A stretch of 63,330 nt of DNA, the filler included. It is 5 parts of 5 records of this genome, joined end to end, with 100 filler letters (N's around TTAATTAATTAA, not from the genome) between each part and the next. Parts side by side here need not be neighbours in the genome. Positions count along the whole stretch, not along the records: positions 25,426 to 43,244 come from DRR723986_3986; positions 43,345 to 52,354 come from DRR723986_3993; 3 more parts are not named here. One strand, written 5' to 3'. Each line of letters begins with the position of its first letter. Positions within the stretch are counted from its first letter, which is position 1. Shown piece after piece: positions 40,444-50,616 of the stretch. A program made the position numbers and the translations under genes. The notes under the pieces were generated by a model. The model did no database searches and was not told the DNA's origin. It was given only the letters and a program-made list of their open reading frames with translations.

Positions 40444-42222
40444 TTAAAAATAATATGTGTATACCAGTAATACCGAAACGATACCGACCAGAATGTTCAA
40501 AGGAATTCCGGCCGTCAAATAGTCTCTGAAGCGGTAACCGCCAGGTCCGTAGACCATCAAATTTGTTTGATAACCGATCGGCGTAGCAAAACTTGCTGAG
40601 GCCGCAATCGCGATCAATATCGCCAGCGGCAGCGGCGTCGCGAGGCCCAAAGACTCAGCGATCGGCACCGAAACCGGAAAGATCAAAGCCGCCGCCGCAT
40701 TGTTGGTAATCACTTCAGTGTAAAAGCTGGTCGCAAAAAATACGCCGAACAGCACACCCAAAGTCCCAAAGCCGCCCAGCCCGGACATAATGCCTTCAGC
40801 CAGTAAACTTGCCACGCCCGCATTGCTGACGGCTTTTCCGATGCCAAATGCACACGCGATGACAACCAGCACACTCCAGTCCACCGATTGTTTGCCGTCT
40901 TCGGTGGAAATACAACCCGTCAGCACCAGCGCAATTGCGGCTATCGCGGCGGCAACAACAATCGGCACGATGTTAAACGTGGCCATCAGCACAAAACCGG
41001 CCAGCACCGCCAGCGCCGTATAACCCTTGGCGCGTGGCTTACTCGGCACCGATCCACTGCTCGTAACCAGGTAAAAATCACGCGAGTGATACCACTTGCG
41101 GTCAAACTCACGGCGAGCCAGAATTAAAAGTGTATCTCCGGCGCGCAGGACAATCTCACCGGCCTTTTTGTTGATGCGTTCACCGTTGCGGTGAATCGCC
41201 AGAATCACCGAGTCGTAGCGCTCACGGAAATTGCTCTCACGTACGCTGCGGCCTATCAATGGCGAGCTTTCGGAGATGACAACTTCAAAGGGGCGGAAGA
41301 CGTCCGCATCGTAATTCGCCAGGTCAAACTCGGAGTCGCGCACCGTCACCAGGCCCGGCGTCTTCTGCAACCGTAGAATCACTTCCGGCAGACCGGTAAA
41401 AAACAACCTGTCACCCAAACGGATCTGTTCACTCGGCTTGACGGCCGTCAGCACTTCATCGCCGCGTTCTATCTGGAACAGGAAAAGTCCACGCAGGTTG
41501 CGCAGCCCGGCATCTTCAATCGACTTGCCGATGCCTTCGTAGCTGTTTTCGACTTTCATCTCAAACACAAACTCGCGGATGTGTTCGCCCAGCTCTTCGA
41601 TTGGATCGCGCCGGTCCGGCAGCACACGATAGACCACAAAGGCAATGTACAGCAGACCGATTACCGCTGCCGGCCCACCGACTTTGGCAAGCTCAAAGAA
41701 GCCAAATCCGTCCCAGCCGCCCTCCAGCAAAAATCCGTGGACTACCAGGTTGGTACTCGTGCCGATCAGGGTACAGGTGCCACCCAGAATCGTAGCATAG
41801 GAAAGCGGAATCAAGAAACGCGAAAGCGCCAGGTTGTTATCACGCACCCAGCGCTGTACCAGCGGAATCAGTGAGGAGACGATCGTCGTGTTGTTCGTAA
41901 AGGCGGACATCGCAGCCAGTGGCGTTGTAAAACGCAGCAGCTGTAAGGGCATCGGCAGGCGCTTTCGGCCAAAAACCAAGGGGGCAAAGTTATACACCAC
42001 CCCCGTCGATTTAAGTGCGGCACCTACGATAAACAGCAGGGCCACCGTCAGCATGCCGGTGTTGGCAAAGCCGTGAAAGGCCTCCTCGATCGTGATGACC
42101 TCGGGAATCACCAGCAGGACTAACGCCGCAAATACAATGACGTCAGCCCCGGCAATCTCCCGCATCAACGCAATCGACATCAGCACTAAGACAAGCAGCG
42201 TATACCAAAAGGCAAAATCCAT
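40444..42222 (-). CDS. SLC13 permease with TrkA-C domains (probable sulfate transporter)
   Basis: LIGTSTNL, ITNNAAA and TPIGYQTNLMVYGPGGY; between cysC and sat. Confidence 0.92.
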   Translation of the reverse strand: MDFAFWYTLLVLVLMSIALMREIAGADVIVFAALVLLVIPEVITIEEAFHGFANTGMLTVALLFIVGAALKSTGVVYNFAPLVFGRKRLPMPLQLLRFTTPLAAMSAFTNNTTIVSSLIPLVQRWVRDNNLALSRFLIPLSYATILGGTCTLIGTSTNLVVHGFLLEGGWDGFGFFELAKVGGPAAVIGLLYIAFVVYRVLPDRRDPIEELGEHIREFVFEMKVENSYEGIGKSIEDAGLRNLRGLFLFQIERGDEVLTAVKPSEQIRLGDRLFFTGLPEVILRLQKTPGLVTVRDSEFDLANYDADVFRPFEVVISESSPLIGRSVRESNFRERYDSVILAIHRNGERINKKAGEIVLRAGDTLLILARREFDRKWYHSRDFYLVTSSGSVPSKPRAKGYTALAVLAGFVLMATFNIVPIVVAAAIAAIALVLTGCISTEDGKQSVDWSVLVVIACAFGIGKAVSNAGVASLLAEGIMSGLGGFGTLGVLFGVFFATSFYTEVITNNAAAALIFPVSVPIAESLGLATPLPLAILIAIAASASFATPIGYQTNLMVYGPGGYRFRDYLTAGIPLNILVGIVSVLLVYTYYF

Positions 42223-42291
42223 GCCGCCTTACGTCCGGTACCAGTACATCTCAACAACAGCAGAGAATTGGTCTTTTTTACTCGTGGGCTC

Positions 42292-42900
42292 TTAAATGAT
42301 GCCCTGCTCTTCAAGCATCTTAATCACCTGGTCCACACATTCTTCCAGCGAGTTATCGCCGGTTTGCAGTGTCAGGCTCGCGTTCTCGGGCGCTTCGTAG
42401 GGCGCGGAAATTCCTGTAAAGTTAGGAATCACACCGTCTATCGCCTTTTGGTAGAGGCCTTTTGGATCGCGTTTGATGCACTCATCCAGCGGACAGTCAA
42501 CGAACACTTCGTGGAAGGCACCTTCCGGCAGCAGCTGGCGCGCAATGTCACGATCCGCGATATAGGGCGAGATAAAAGCCGTCAGCACGATCGTACCGCT
42601 TTCACGGAACAGCTTGGCGACTTCTCCAATCCGGCGAATATTTTCAACGCGATCTTCAGGCGTAAAGCCCAGATCCTTGTTCAGGCCGTGACGAATATTA
42701 TCGCCATCCAGCACGTACACTTGTTTGCCCATTTGGTGCAGGCGCCACTCAACTTCGCGTGCCACGGTCGATTTGCCGGAGCCGCTCAGGCCCGTGAACC
42801 ACACAACGGCGGCTGCATGCGAATTGCGTTTTTTGAAATCTTCGTAGGCTACATAACCTTCGTGCCACACTACGTTCGTCGCTTTTACCGAATCTGCCAT
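42292..42900 (-). CDS. cysC: Adenylyl-sulfate kinase
   Basis: WFTGLSGSGKST, LDGDNIRHGL and RDPKGLY; GAGG RBS. Confidence 0.97.
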   Translation of the reverse strand: MADSVKATNVVWHEGYVAYEDFKKRNSHAAAVVWFTGLSGSGKSTVAREVEWRLHQMGKQVYVLDGDNIRHGLNKDLGFTPEDRVENIRRIGEVAKLFRESGTIVLTAFISPYIADRDIARQLLPEGAFHEVFVDCPLDECIKRDPKGLYQKAIDGVIPNFTGISAPYEAPENASLTLQTGDNSLEECVDQVIKMLEEQGII

Positions 42901-43190
42901 ATTCCTCACCTGATCGATCTTCGGTGATGCGCGCGTCACGCCACACCACTCATCATGAAACAATCAAAACGTTCAAAATACGCTTTTTTGACGAGACCGC
43001 CTTCCGTCGCCACCTGCAGGTCTTGCGTAGTTTCCCCCTTAACTTCATACGCATCAGTGTTTTAGCACTCTCCGGTCTGGAATAATGTCGCAGCTCACAG
43101 GTGATCTGTCGCGCTTTACTTCTGGCATACGCCAGTGCGTAGCTTAGTTGGATTTTTATGTTTGTCGGTGGGTTTGGAGGCTCAGGATTT

Positions 43191-43243
43191 GGGGCTCCGC
43201 CCCGGGGCAGCCCCCCAAGCTGTTAGCCACAGGCTAACAGCTT
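43191..43243. repeat. GC-rich palindrome plus perfect 12-bp hairpin at contig end
   Basis: GGGGCTCCGCCCC followed by AAGCTGTTAGCC-ACA-GGCTAACAGCTT (43217-43243). Confidence 0.6.
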
Positions 43244-43244
43244 A

Positions 43245-43344
43245 NNNNNNNNNNNNNNNNNNNNNNNNNNNNNNNNNNNNNNNNNNNNTTAATTAATTAA
43301 NNNNNNNNNNNNNNNNNNNNNNNNNNNNNNNNNNNNNNNNNNNN
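43245..43344. other. Artificial contig linker
   Basis: Same linker. Confidence 0.99.
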
Positions 43345-43917
43345 CTCTTCGCCTTCCATGAACTCTTCGATCACTACTTCGGCGCCCGCGCCTCCAAAGG
43401 CCCCGCCAAACATGTCATCGATCGCATCCAGCGCGGTCTGCACGTCAAACGCCATGATCACGCCTTTGCCCGCTGCCAAACCATCGGCTTTGACCACAAT
43501 GGGCGCGCCCTGTTCGCGAATATAGGCTTTCGCCGCGTCTGCATCCGTGAAATGCCCATAGCCAGCTGTGGGCGCATTCGAGGCGTCACAGATTTCTTTG
43601 GTAAAGCTTTTCGATGCTTCCAGACGCGCCGCCCCTTCAGAGGGGCCAAAGACCAGCACACCTGCGTCGCGCAACCGATCCGCCACACCTGTTGCCAAAG
43701 GTGCCTCTGGGCCAACGATCACAAAATCAATCGCGTTGGCTTCGGCAAACACAGCCACCGCACCGCCATTCATGATGTCCAGATCGGCACATTCTGCGAT
43801 CTGTGCGATGCCCGCGTTGCCCGGTGCCACAATCAATTTGTCGCACTTTGGGTTTTGCATAACGGCCCAGGCCAGCGCATGTTCGCGCCCACCACTACCG
43901 AGGATAAGGATATTCAT
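43345..43917 (-). CDS. purD: Phosphoribosylamine-glycine ligase, truncated
   Basis: [15 protein letters not shown] and [11 protein letters not shown] motifs. Confidence 0.97.
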
Positions 43918-43994
43918 GGGAATGCGCTCCGATCTGCTTGGCCTTGCTTGTCGCGCGTTCTAAGCTGCACAGGCTGACGAAACAAGGCGCTGAA

Positions 43995-45548
43995 ATGTCC
44001 GACCTGCTAGACGACCCGATCCCGGGGCAGAATATGCCCGAATATTCCGTTTCCGAACTCTCCGGAGAGGTGAAACGCACGCTCGAAGGCTCGTTTGGGC
44101 GAATCCGTGTGCGCGGCGAAGTGGGTCGTGTCTTTACCGCCCGGTCTGGCCACTTGTACTATGACGTCAAAGATGATCGCAGCGTTCTAGCCTGCACCAC
44201 ATGGAAGGGGCAGGTTTCAGGTCTGTCCGTTGTCCCCGAAGAAGGGTTAGAGGTCGTCGTCACTGGCCGCCTCACCGCCTTTGGCGCGCAATCCAAATAC
44301 AACATGAACGTGGACGAGGTCGCCGTTGCAGGCCAAGGCGCGTTGATGGCCTTGCTGGAAAAACGCAAAAAGGCGCTCGAGGCCGAAGGGCTCTTTGCTC
44401 AAGAGCGCAAGAAGCGTTTGCCATACCTACCAGAAATCATTGGGGTCATCACATCTCCGCAAGGCGCAGTTATCAAAGACATTTTGCACCGCCTTCGGGA
44501 CCGGTTTCCCCGCAAAGTGTTAATCTGGCCGGTTGCCGTTCAGGGCGCGAACTGCGCCCCAGAAGTGGCCCGCGCCATTGATGGCTTTAACGCGTTGACC
44601 CCAGGCGGGGCTCTCCCCCGTCCGGATCTGATCATCGTCGCGCGTGGCGGTGGGTCGGTCGAGGATCTTTGGGGCTTCAACGAAGAGGTGGTCGCCCGCG
44701 CCACCGCCAACAGCGACATCCCTCTGATTTCAGCCGTCGGGCATGAAACCGATACAACACTAATTGATTTTGTCTCTGATCAACGCGCCCCCACCCCCAC
44801 GGCGGCGGCTGAACTGGCCGTACCGGTGCGTCTAGAACTGGCCGCTTGGATCGACGAACAAGGCGCGCGCCTCAGCCGCAGCGGTGCGGATGCAGTCCAA
44901 CGGCGCGCCCAGCGCCTGCGCGATCTGTCCCGGGCCCTGCCACGTCCGGACAGCCTGTTGGACAGTCCCAGACAACGGTTGGATCAGATTTCTGACAAGT
45001 TACCTAATGCCCTGATTCGTGGTGTTCAAACCCGTCGCTTGTACCTGTCTGAAACCACCGCCCCCTTGCGACCTTCGACGTTGTTGCGCCGCTTGCGCGA
45101 TGATGCCAACGTCACTGAACGCCTAGCCGCCCGTCTCAGCCCTGCCTTGGATCGCGTAATAGAAACGAGGCGCGAACGCCTAGAGATCCGCGCCAACGGG
45201 CTAAAACCCATCCGTTTGCAGAATGATCTGGCACGCAAGACTTCGGAATTGCAGGCCCTGCTACAACGCCTGTCCATTGTGGGGCAAACGCAGATCCATC
45301 GACTAAGTGCACAACTGGACACAACGGAACGGCTGCGCACATCGCTTGGGTACGAGGCAACGCTTGAACGTGGGTTTGCCGTTGTGCGATCCAAAGACAA
45401 GCTGGTCACCAGCAAAGCCCAAGCCGCCAAAGCCAGCGAGTTGGAAATCCAATTCCACGATGGCCGACTGGTGCTTGGCGCAAAAACCACTGCGAAATCT
45501 GCGGTAAAGCCGAAACCAACGCCCCCTGACCAAGGGTCCCTGTTTTAA
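43995..45548 (+). CDS. xseA: Exodeoxyribonuclease VII large subunit
   Basis: SGHLY, RGGGSVEDL, SAVGHETD, RAPTPTAAAE and LERGFA motifs. Confidence 0.96.
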   Translation: MSDLLDDPIPGQNMPEYSVSELSGEVKRTLEGSFGRIRVRGEVGRVFTARSGHLYYDVKDDRSVLACTTWKGQVSGLSVVPEEGLEVVVTGRLTAFGAQSKYNMNVDEVAVAGQGALMALLEKRKKALEAEGLFAQERKKRLPYLPEIIGVITSPQGAVIKDILHRLRDRFPRKVLIWPVAVQGANCAPEVARAIDGFNALTPGGALPRPDLIIVARGGGSVEDLWGFNEEVVARATANSDIPLISAVGHETDTTLIDFVSDQRAPTPTAAAELAVPVRLELAAWIDEQGARLSRSGADAVQRRAQRLRDLSRALPRPDSLLDSPRQRLDQISDKLPNALIRGVQTRRLYLSETTAPLRPSTLLRRLRDDANVTERLAARLSPALDRVIETRRERLEIRANGLKPIRLQNDLARKTSELQALLQRLSIVGQTQIHRLSAQLDTTERLRTSLGYEATLERGFAVVRSKDKLVTSKAQAAKASELEIQFHDGRLVLGAKTTAKSAVKPKPTPPDQGSLF

Positions 45549-45551
45549 ATA

Positions 45552-45947
45552 TCAGCTGCCCACATCAGGCCCATAACACACCATTTCTTCGTCGACCTGT
45601 TCAGCCTCATACAGCTCAGTTGCCTCGGGATCCCCTTCAAAACGCGCCACAAGTCCACGTGGCGTGTCTACAAACAGCCAACATTGCGGGTCGAGCCGAT
45701 CTTCGTACAGGAAACAAATTTGCTCATCCTGCGGATACCAGACACCCTCTTTGCAATCCCCGTCTAGGAACGACCACGCAACCCGACGCCCGCCCATATA
45801 GCGTTCAACCCCATAGGCGATGCCGTCAAAGCCATAGAACAGCGTTTTCCCACGGGTATAAGCATCGAATTCATCCGCCGTCATGACACTTTGCGCCGCA
45901 CATGGCCCTGCGGACAATACTATGAGAATCAAGAAACGTCGTATCAT
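45552..45947 (-). CDS. Conserved exported hypothetical protein
   Basis: Signal peptide; EFDAYTRGKTL...CYGPDVG; four Cys in the mature part. Confidence 0.8.
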   Translation of the reverse strand: MIRRFLILIVLSAGPCAAQSVMTADEFDAYTRGKTLFYGFDGIAYGVERYMGGRRVAWSFLDGDCKEGVWYPQDEQICFLYEDRLDPQCWLFVDTPRGLVARFEGDPEATELYEAEQVDEEMVCYGPDVGS

Positions 45948-46002
45948 AGGTTCATCTTGGCAGATCCAACCTGACCACGCTACGTTCAGTGCGCGCCCCG
46001 CC

Positions 46003-47007
46003 TCAGGCCACAGCTTTCACTCTATGGTCCATGACACGCCGCCACCAAGGCGGGCACAGGGCGACGACTGCCATCACAGGCATGCTATAGGGCAGCATCG
46101 GCAGATCCGGTGAAACGCCCAATTGGGGAAATTTACGATCTGGATACAGGTGGTGGTCAGAATGGTGTGGCGCGTTCAGCATCATCGCTGCGCTATACCA
46201 ATGAGGGGCATTCCACGAATGATGCGCCTTTACAGGCTCATACCGCCCGTTCTTCATCAATTGCCGCCGCAGACCATAATGCTGGACATAATCCGCCAAC
46301 AACAGCTGAACCTGCGCATGGCCGGTCACAGCAACCAAAGCAACCATTCCCCACCCGCCTGACACACCATAAGCGGCGAACAAGCACAAAACCGCCCCAA
46401 CGCCATAGATCAGATACGGATGTTTCCAAGCGGGTCGCTTGTGACGCCGTGCATTTTCCGCACGCCACCCGGTCACAAACGAGCCCCACCATGCGCGTAG
46501 CCAGAACCGATAAAACCCTTCGCCCTGCTTGGCCGAGTTCGGGTCTTTGTCCGTTGCCACATACACATGATGCACCAACCGGTGCGCCGAGACGTGATGT
46601 CCAAACAAAAGACTGATATAGATCGCGACACCAAGCGCCCTACGCCCGCGCCCTGATCGATGAATAAGCTCATGCGCATTGGGGTTCGAAACCTGTCCCA
46701 GCCACAACCCAACCGCGCTTCCTAGTGCTAGAATTTGCCAAATACTTATGGTCCCGTGCGTCAATCCCCAGACAGCCAAACCCAAGACAACAAAATGCAC
46801 AAAACCCAAACACACTGTCAGACGATCCCCGGCCCGCAGGCTCTGGTCATCGTCTCGCTTCGGCAAAGGCGCGAAAGGGGCTGCATCCATCAGCACGACA
46901 TACAACGTCATGCCCACCAGCGCTGCGAAACACCACATCCCCTGCAACACACTGGCCAGTGCGATCAGAACAACCGGTAACAATGTGGCCAATCCATACC
47001 AGATCAT
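46003..47007 (-). CDS. AlkB-like membrane di-iron monooxygenase/desaturase
   Basis: His boxes HELIH, HRLVHH, DYVQHYGL, HSWN and HSDHH. Confidence 0.88.
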   Translation of the reverse strand: MIWYGLATLLPVVLIALASVLQGMWCFAALVGMTLYVVLMDAAPFAPLPKRDDDQSLRAGDRLTVCLGFVHFVVLGLAVWGLTHGTISIWQILALGSAVGLWLGQVSNPNAHELIHRSGRGRRALGVAIYISLLFGHHVSAHRLVHHVYVATDKDPNSAKQGEGFYRFWLRAWWGSFVTGWRAENARRHKRPAWKHPYLIYGVGAVLCLFAAYGVSGGWGMVALVAVTGHAQVQLLLADYVQHYGLRRQLMKNGRYEPVKAHHSWNAPHWYSAAMMLNAPHHSDHHLYPDRKFPQLGVSPDLPMLPYSMPVMAVVALCPPWWRRVMDHRVKAVA

Positions 47008-47148
47008 TCCTGCGCCCTTTCTTTATCCTCAGGCCCTGCGCCCATGACACAGAGTGTTCTTTTCCTTGTGGCCTCAAAATCGCGAACTTGCAAAGGGGGC
47101 ACAAATCTCAGACCATGCCCGCAACCTATACGCTCGAGCGGAGCTTTG

Positions 47149-47799
47149 ATGCCTATCCCACTCTTTTGGACCCTGTTCATTCCAGCTACAGCCTGCGCCA
47201 TTCTGTACCTCACTATGACAGCGCGCGATGCAAGCCCCCTGCGCACCCTAACCAAAACGCTGTCAGTTGCGCTGTTGGCTGTCTTGGCGGCCCTAAGTGA
47301 CGCCCCGATCCTGTTAGCGATTGCTCTCGCTTTGTGCGCACTCGGGGATGCGTTTTTATCAGCTGAAACTGAACAAACCTTTATGGCTGGCATCCTCAGC
47401 TTTGCCGCAGGCCATCTTGCCTACATCCTGTTGTTTCTCACCCACAGCCACAGCGACCTGAGCCTCTTGTCAGATCACATGTGGATCGTAGCGGCACTCG
47501 TGGCTTTAGGCGTATTCATGGCTGTCGTTCTGGCCCCACGTGCTGGGGATCTGCGCCTTCCGGTTCTGATGTATATCCCGATCATTCTTGGCATGGGTGT
47601 TGCCGCCCTCAGCTTGCCCACAACCGGCATGCTGGTCTGGGCTTGGCCGGCTGCCGCTGCCTTTATCGCGTCGGACCTGACACTTGCGACGGAAAAATTC
47701 CTGCTGTCACAGGGGCACCCGGCCCTGCGTGGAACGCCCTATCTGATCTGGCCCCTTTATTGGGGTGCACAGGTCGGATTCCTTGTTGCGTTCACCTGA
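47149..47799 (+). CDS. YhhN/lysoplasmalogenase-family membrane protein
   Basis: LGDAFL, FAAGHLAY, FIASD and YWGAQ motifs. Confidence 0.88.
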   Translation: MPIPLFWTLFIPATACAILYLTMTARDASPLRTLTKTLSVALLAVLAALSDAPILLAIALALCALGDAFLSAETEQTFMAGILSFAAGHLAYILLFLTHSHSDLSLLSDHMWIVAALVALGVFMAVVLAPRAGDLRLPVLMYIPIILGMGVAALSLPTTGMLVWAWPAAAAFIASDLTLATEKFLLSQGHPALRGTPYLIWPLYWGAQVGFLVAFT

Positions 47800-47858
47800 C
47801 CCTTTGCAACCCGTGCAAATCCGCATTAGGTGGATGTGATACTTGGCGGAGATCCGAA

Positions 47859-48983
47859 ATGGCCTTTTTCTCAAAGCTCAAAGATAAGCTCTTTAAATCC
47901 TCTTCGAAATTGGAGCAGGGCCTAGATGCGATCGTTGAGGATGGCGGTCAGGAAGAACCCGTTGCGGCCGTAGAAACGCAACCGGAAATCCCCGCGCAAG
48001 TCAGCACACCTGCGCAATCAGAACCCGAACAAACTGTTGCACCGACCCCAACACCGCAGCCTGCGCCACAGGCCTCAGCCGAAACCGCCAAACCCAAATC
48101 CATTCTGGGCCGCCTGTTTACCCGAGACGATGAAAAAACCGTCGTTCGTCGCACCCTTGATGACGACATGCTGGAACAGCTCGAAGAGCTGCTGATCACC
48201 TCAGACATGGGTGTCGACACTGCCCTGCGCGTCACAGCCAACATGGCCGAAGGCCGCTATGGCAAAAAGCTCTCAACCGATGAGATCAAACAGCTCCTCG
48301 CGCAGGAAGTGACCCGCATCATGGAGCCGGTGGCAAAGCCCCTGCCGATCTATCCCAAGCGTCCGCAGGTCGTCTTGGTGGTTGGTGTGAACGGGTCCGG
48401 GAAAACCACCACAATCGGCAAGCTTGCCAGCCAATTCAAAGGTGCCGGCAAAAAGGTCGTCATTGCGGCGGGCGATACCTTTCGCGCCGCCGCCGTCGAA
48501 CAGCTACAGGTCTGGGGCGACCGTGCGGGCGTGCCCGTCCTGACGGCGCCCGAAGGATCAGACCCAGCATCACTCGCCTTTGATGCGATGCAACGCGCCG
48601 AAGAAGACGGCGCCGATCTGCTGATGATCGACACCGCCGGTCGCTTGCAAAATCGTGCCGATCTGATGGAAGAGCTGGCCAAAATCGTCCGCGTCATTCG
48701 CAAGAAAGATGAAACAGCGCCCCACAATACCCTTTTGGTACTGGACGCGACCACAGGACAAAACGCGCTGAGCCAAGTCGAAACCTTTCGCAAGATTTCC
48801 GACGTGTCGGGGCTGGTCATGACCAAACTCGACGGAACCGCCAAAGGCGGCGTGTTGGTGGCCTTGGCGGACAAATTCGGCCTGCCCATCCATGCGATCG
48901 GTGTGGGGGAACAGATCGACGACCTCGCCCCCTTTGATCCCGAAGATTTTGCAGCCGCTCTGACGGGCCTGGATCAAAACTGA
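47859..48983 (+). CDS. ftsY: SRP receptor FtsY
   Basis: GVNGSGKTTT, DTFRAAA, DTAGRL and TKLDGTAKGG motifs. Confidence 0.97.
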   Translation: MAFFSKLKDKLFKSSSKLEQGLDAIVEDGGQEEPVAAVETQPEIPAQVSTPAQSEPEQTVAPTPTPQPAPQASAETAKPKSILGRLFTRDDEKTVVRRTLDDDMLEQLEELLITSDMGVDTALRVTANMAEGRYGKKLSTDEIKQLLAQEVTRIMEPVAKPLPIYPKRPQVVLVVGVNGSGKTTTIGKLASQFKGAGKKVVIAAGDTFRAAAVEQLQVWGDRAGVPVLTAPEGSDPASLAFDAMQRAEEDGADLLMIDTAGRLQNRADLMEELAKIVRVIRKKDETAPHNTLLVLDATTGQNALSQVETFRKISDVSGLVMTKLDGTAKGGVLVALADKFGLPIHAIGVGEQIDDLAPFDPEDFAAALTGLDQN

Positions 48984-49017
48984 TCCTCTGCCACCACCCT
49001 AACGAAAGCCCCACAGC

Positions 49018-49920
49018 GTGAGCGACTGGCTGATTTCCCTCGAAGGCACCCAGGCAGGGCACCAGTTGGCGCTGGCGCTGGCGCTAATGGCCGCCTTTTT
49101 GCACGCCATCTTTGGGGCCCTGCAAAAGGGGCGACATGATCCGTGGCTATCCCGTGGGGCCATCGATGCGTCCTATGGTTTGATGGCCGCACCCTTTGCC
49201 CTGTTTGTGGTGCCGTGGCCCGAACCCCATATGTGGCCCATCTTTGCAGCTGTTTGGGCCATTCACGTCGCTTACAAATGCATGCAGGCGCTGGCCTATA
49301 CCAAAGGGGCCTATACCGTTGTGTACCCCGTTGTGCGCGGCACAGGACCGTTGTTCACCGTAATCGGGGCCTATGTGCTATTTGGTGAGGTCTTTACGCT
49401 GATCCAATGGCTGGGCGTTGCCACCCTGTTGGCGGGGATCTTTGGACTGGCACTGTACAATCTGCGCAATCTGGAAAGCGAACGCGACACCCTGCATCTG
49501 GCGATGGGGTTGGCTGTGGCCACGGGGCTGCTGGTCGCGCTCTACACCACCTATGATGCCTATGGCATCCGCGCGACGGCTGATCCGTTCACCTTTCTGG
49601 CATGGTTTTTCATGATCGATGGCGCCACCCTGCCGTGGTTCGCCTATCGGCGCTGGCGCAACATGGACAACCGCCCTGCCCCCGGCCCGCTGATGGTGCG
49701 CGGTTTCTTCGGTGGGTTGATCGCCTTTGCATCCTTTGGCTCGGTCATGATGGCCACCCGCCTCGACAAAGTCGGCGAAGCCGCCGTTCTGCGCGAGACA
49801 TCAACCGTATTCGCCGCCCTCATTGGCTGGTTGGTGCTGAAAGAAACCGTCGGACCGCGACGAATTGCGCTTATGGCATTGATCGCGCTGGGCGCCGTGA
49901 TAGTTGAGATGGGCGGATGA
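49018..49920 (+). CDS. DMT/EamA-family transporter
   Basis: VYPVVRG and LRETSTVFAALIG; about 10 TM. Confidence 0.9.
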   Translation: MSDWLISLEGTQAGHQLALALALMAAFLHAIFGALQKGRHDPWLSRGAIDASYGLMAAPFALFVVPWPEPHMWPIFAAVWAIHVAYKCMQALAYTKGAYTVVYPVVRGTGPLFTVIGAYVLFGEVFTLIQWLGVATLLAGIFGLALYNLRNLESERDTLHLAMGLAVATGLLVALYTTYDAYGIRATADPFTFLAWFFMIDGATLPWFAYRRWRNMDNRPAPGPLMVRGFFGGLIAFASFGSVMMATRLDKVGEAAVLRETSTVFAALIGWLVLKETVGPRRIALMALIALGAVIVEMGG

Positions 49921-50549
49921 CAGAGCAGGACCAATCCAAGATGGCCGATAAAAAAGACATCAACCCGATTATGAAGCAAGTGCTCGAACTTGGCCCGACG
50001 CTGGCCTTTTTCCTGCTTTACATCAGGATCAAGGAAAACACCTATACGATGGGCGGAACTGACTATTCCGGCTTTATCGTCGCTACGCTTCTCTTTGTTC
50101 CGATCCTGCTGGCCGCCATGGGGGCCCTATGGTTCCTGACCGGCAAGCTGAGCCGGATGCAAATCTTTACCGCCTTCATGGTCATCTTCTTTGGCGGTCT
50201 AACTGCGTGGTTCAATGACGAGCGATTTTTTAAAATGAAAACCACGCTGGTTTATGGGTTCTTTACGGTGACGCTGGGCATCGGTCTGCTGCAAGGGCGC
50301 AGCTATCTTGCCTTTGTGCTCAATGAAATGCTGCCGATGGAAAACGAAGGCTGGATGATCCTGACCCGCCGGCTATGCGCGGCTTTTGCGGTTTTGGCTG
50401 TGGCCAACGAATTTGTCTGGCGCACAATGTCCACCGATCTGTGGGTCAAGATCGAAACCTTTGGGTTTCCTCTGGCGTTGATGGCATTTCTCATGCTGCA
50501 ATTTTCACTGCTGCAACGGTATTTGATCGACCCCGATCAAGAAAGTTGA
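49917..50549 (+). CDS. yciB: Inner membrane-spanning protein YciB (IspZ)
   Basis: ELGP, FGGLT, FFKMKTT, ANEFVWR and WV motifs. Confidence 0.9.
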   Translation: MTEQDQSKMADKKDINPIMKQVLELGPTLAFFLLYIRIKENTYTMGGTDYSGFIVATLLFVPILLAAMGALWFLTGKLSRMQIFTAFMVIFFGGLTAWFNDERFFKMKTTLVYGFFTVTLGIGLLQGRSYLAFVLNEMLPMENEGWMILTRRLCAAFAVLAVANEFVWRTMSTDLWVKIETFGFPLALMAFLMLQFSLLQRYLIDPDQES

Positions 50550-50616
50550 TTACGGAAACGAAACAGGTCACACAAACGCCTTGACGCAAAGCGCGTTGTA
50601 AAAGGACTGTGTGTTA

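Noticed and set aside
24849..42900. Functional link between the sulfatase and the sulfate-activation/glycan genes
   Set aside because: They lie on different contigs, probably from different organisms; adjacency is an artefact
42901..43190. SAM riboswitch or ops/JUMPstart element upstream of cysC
   Set aside because: No recognisable consensus by eye; an Infernal scan would be needed
47481..47858. Apparent N-terminal extension of FtsY
   Set aside because: Overlaps the YhhN gene; typical MAFFSKLK start with RBS at 47859
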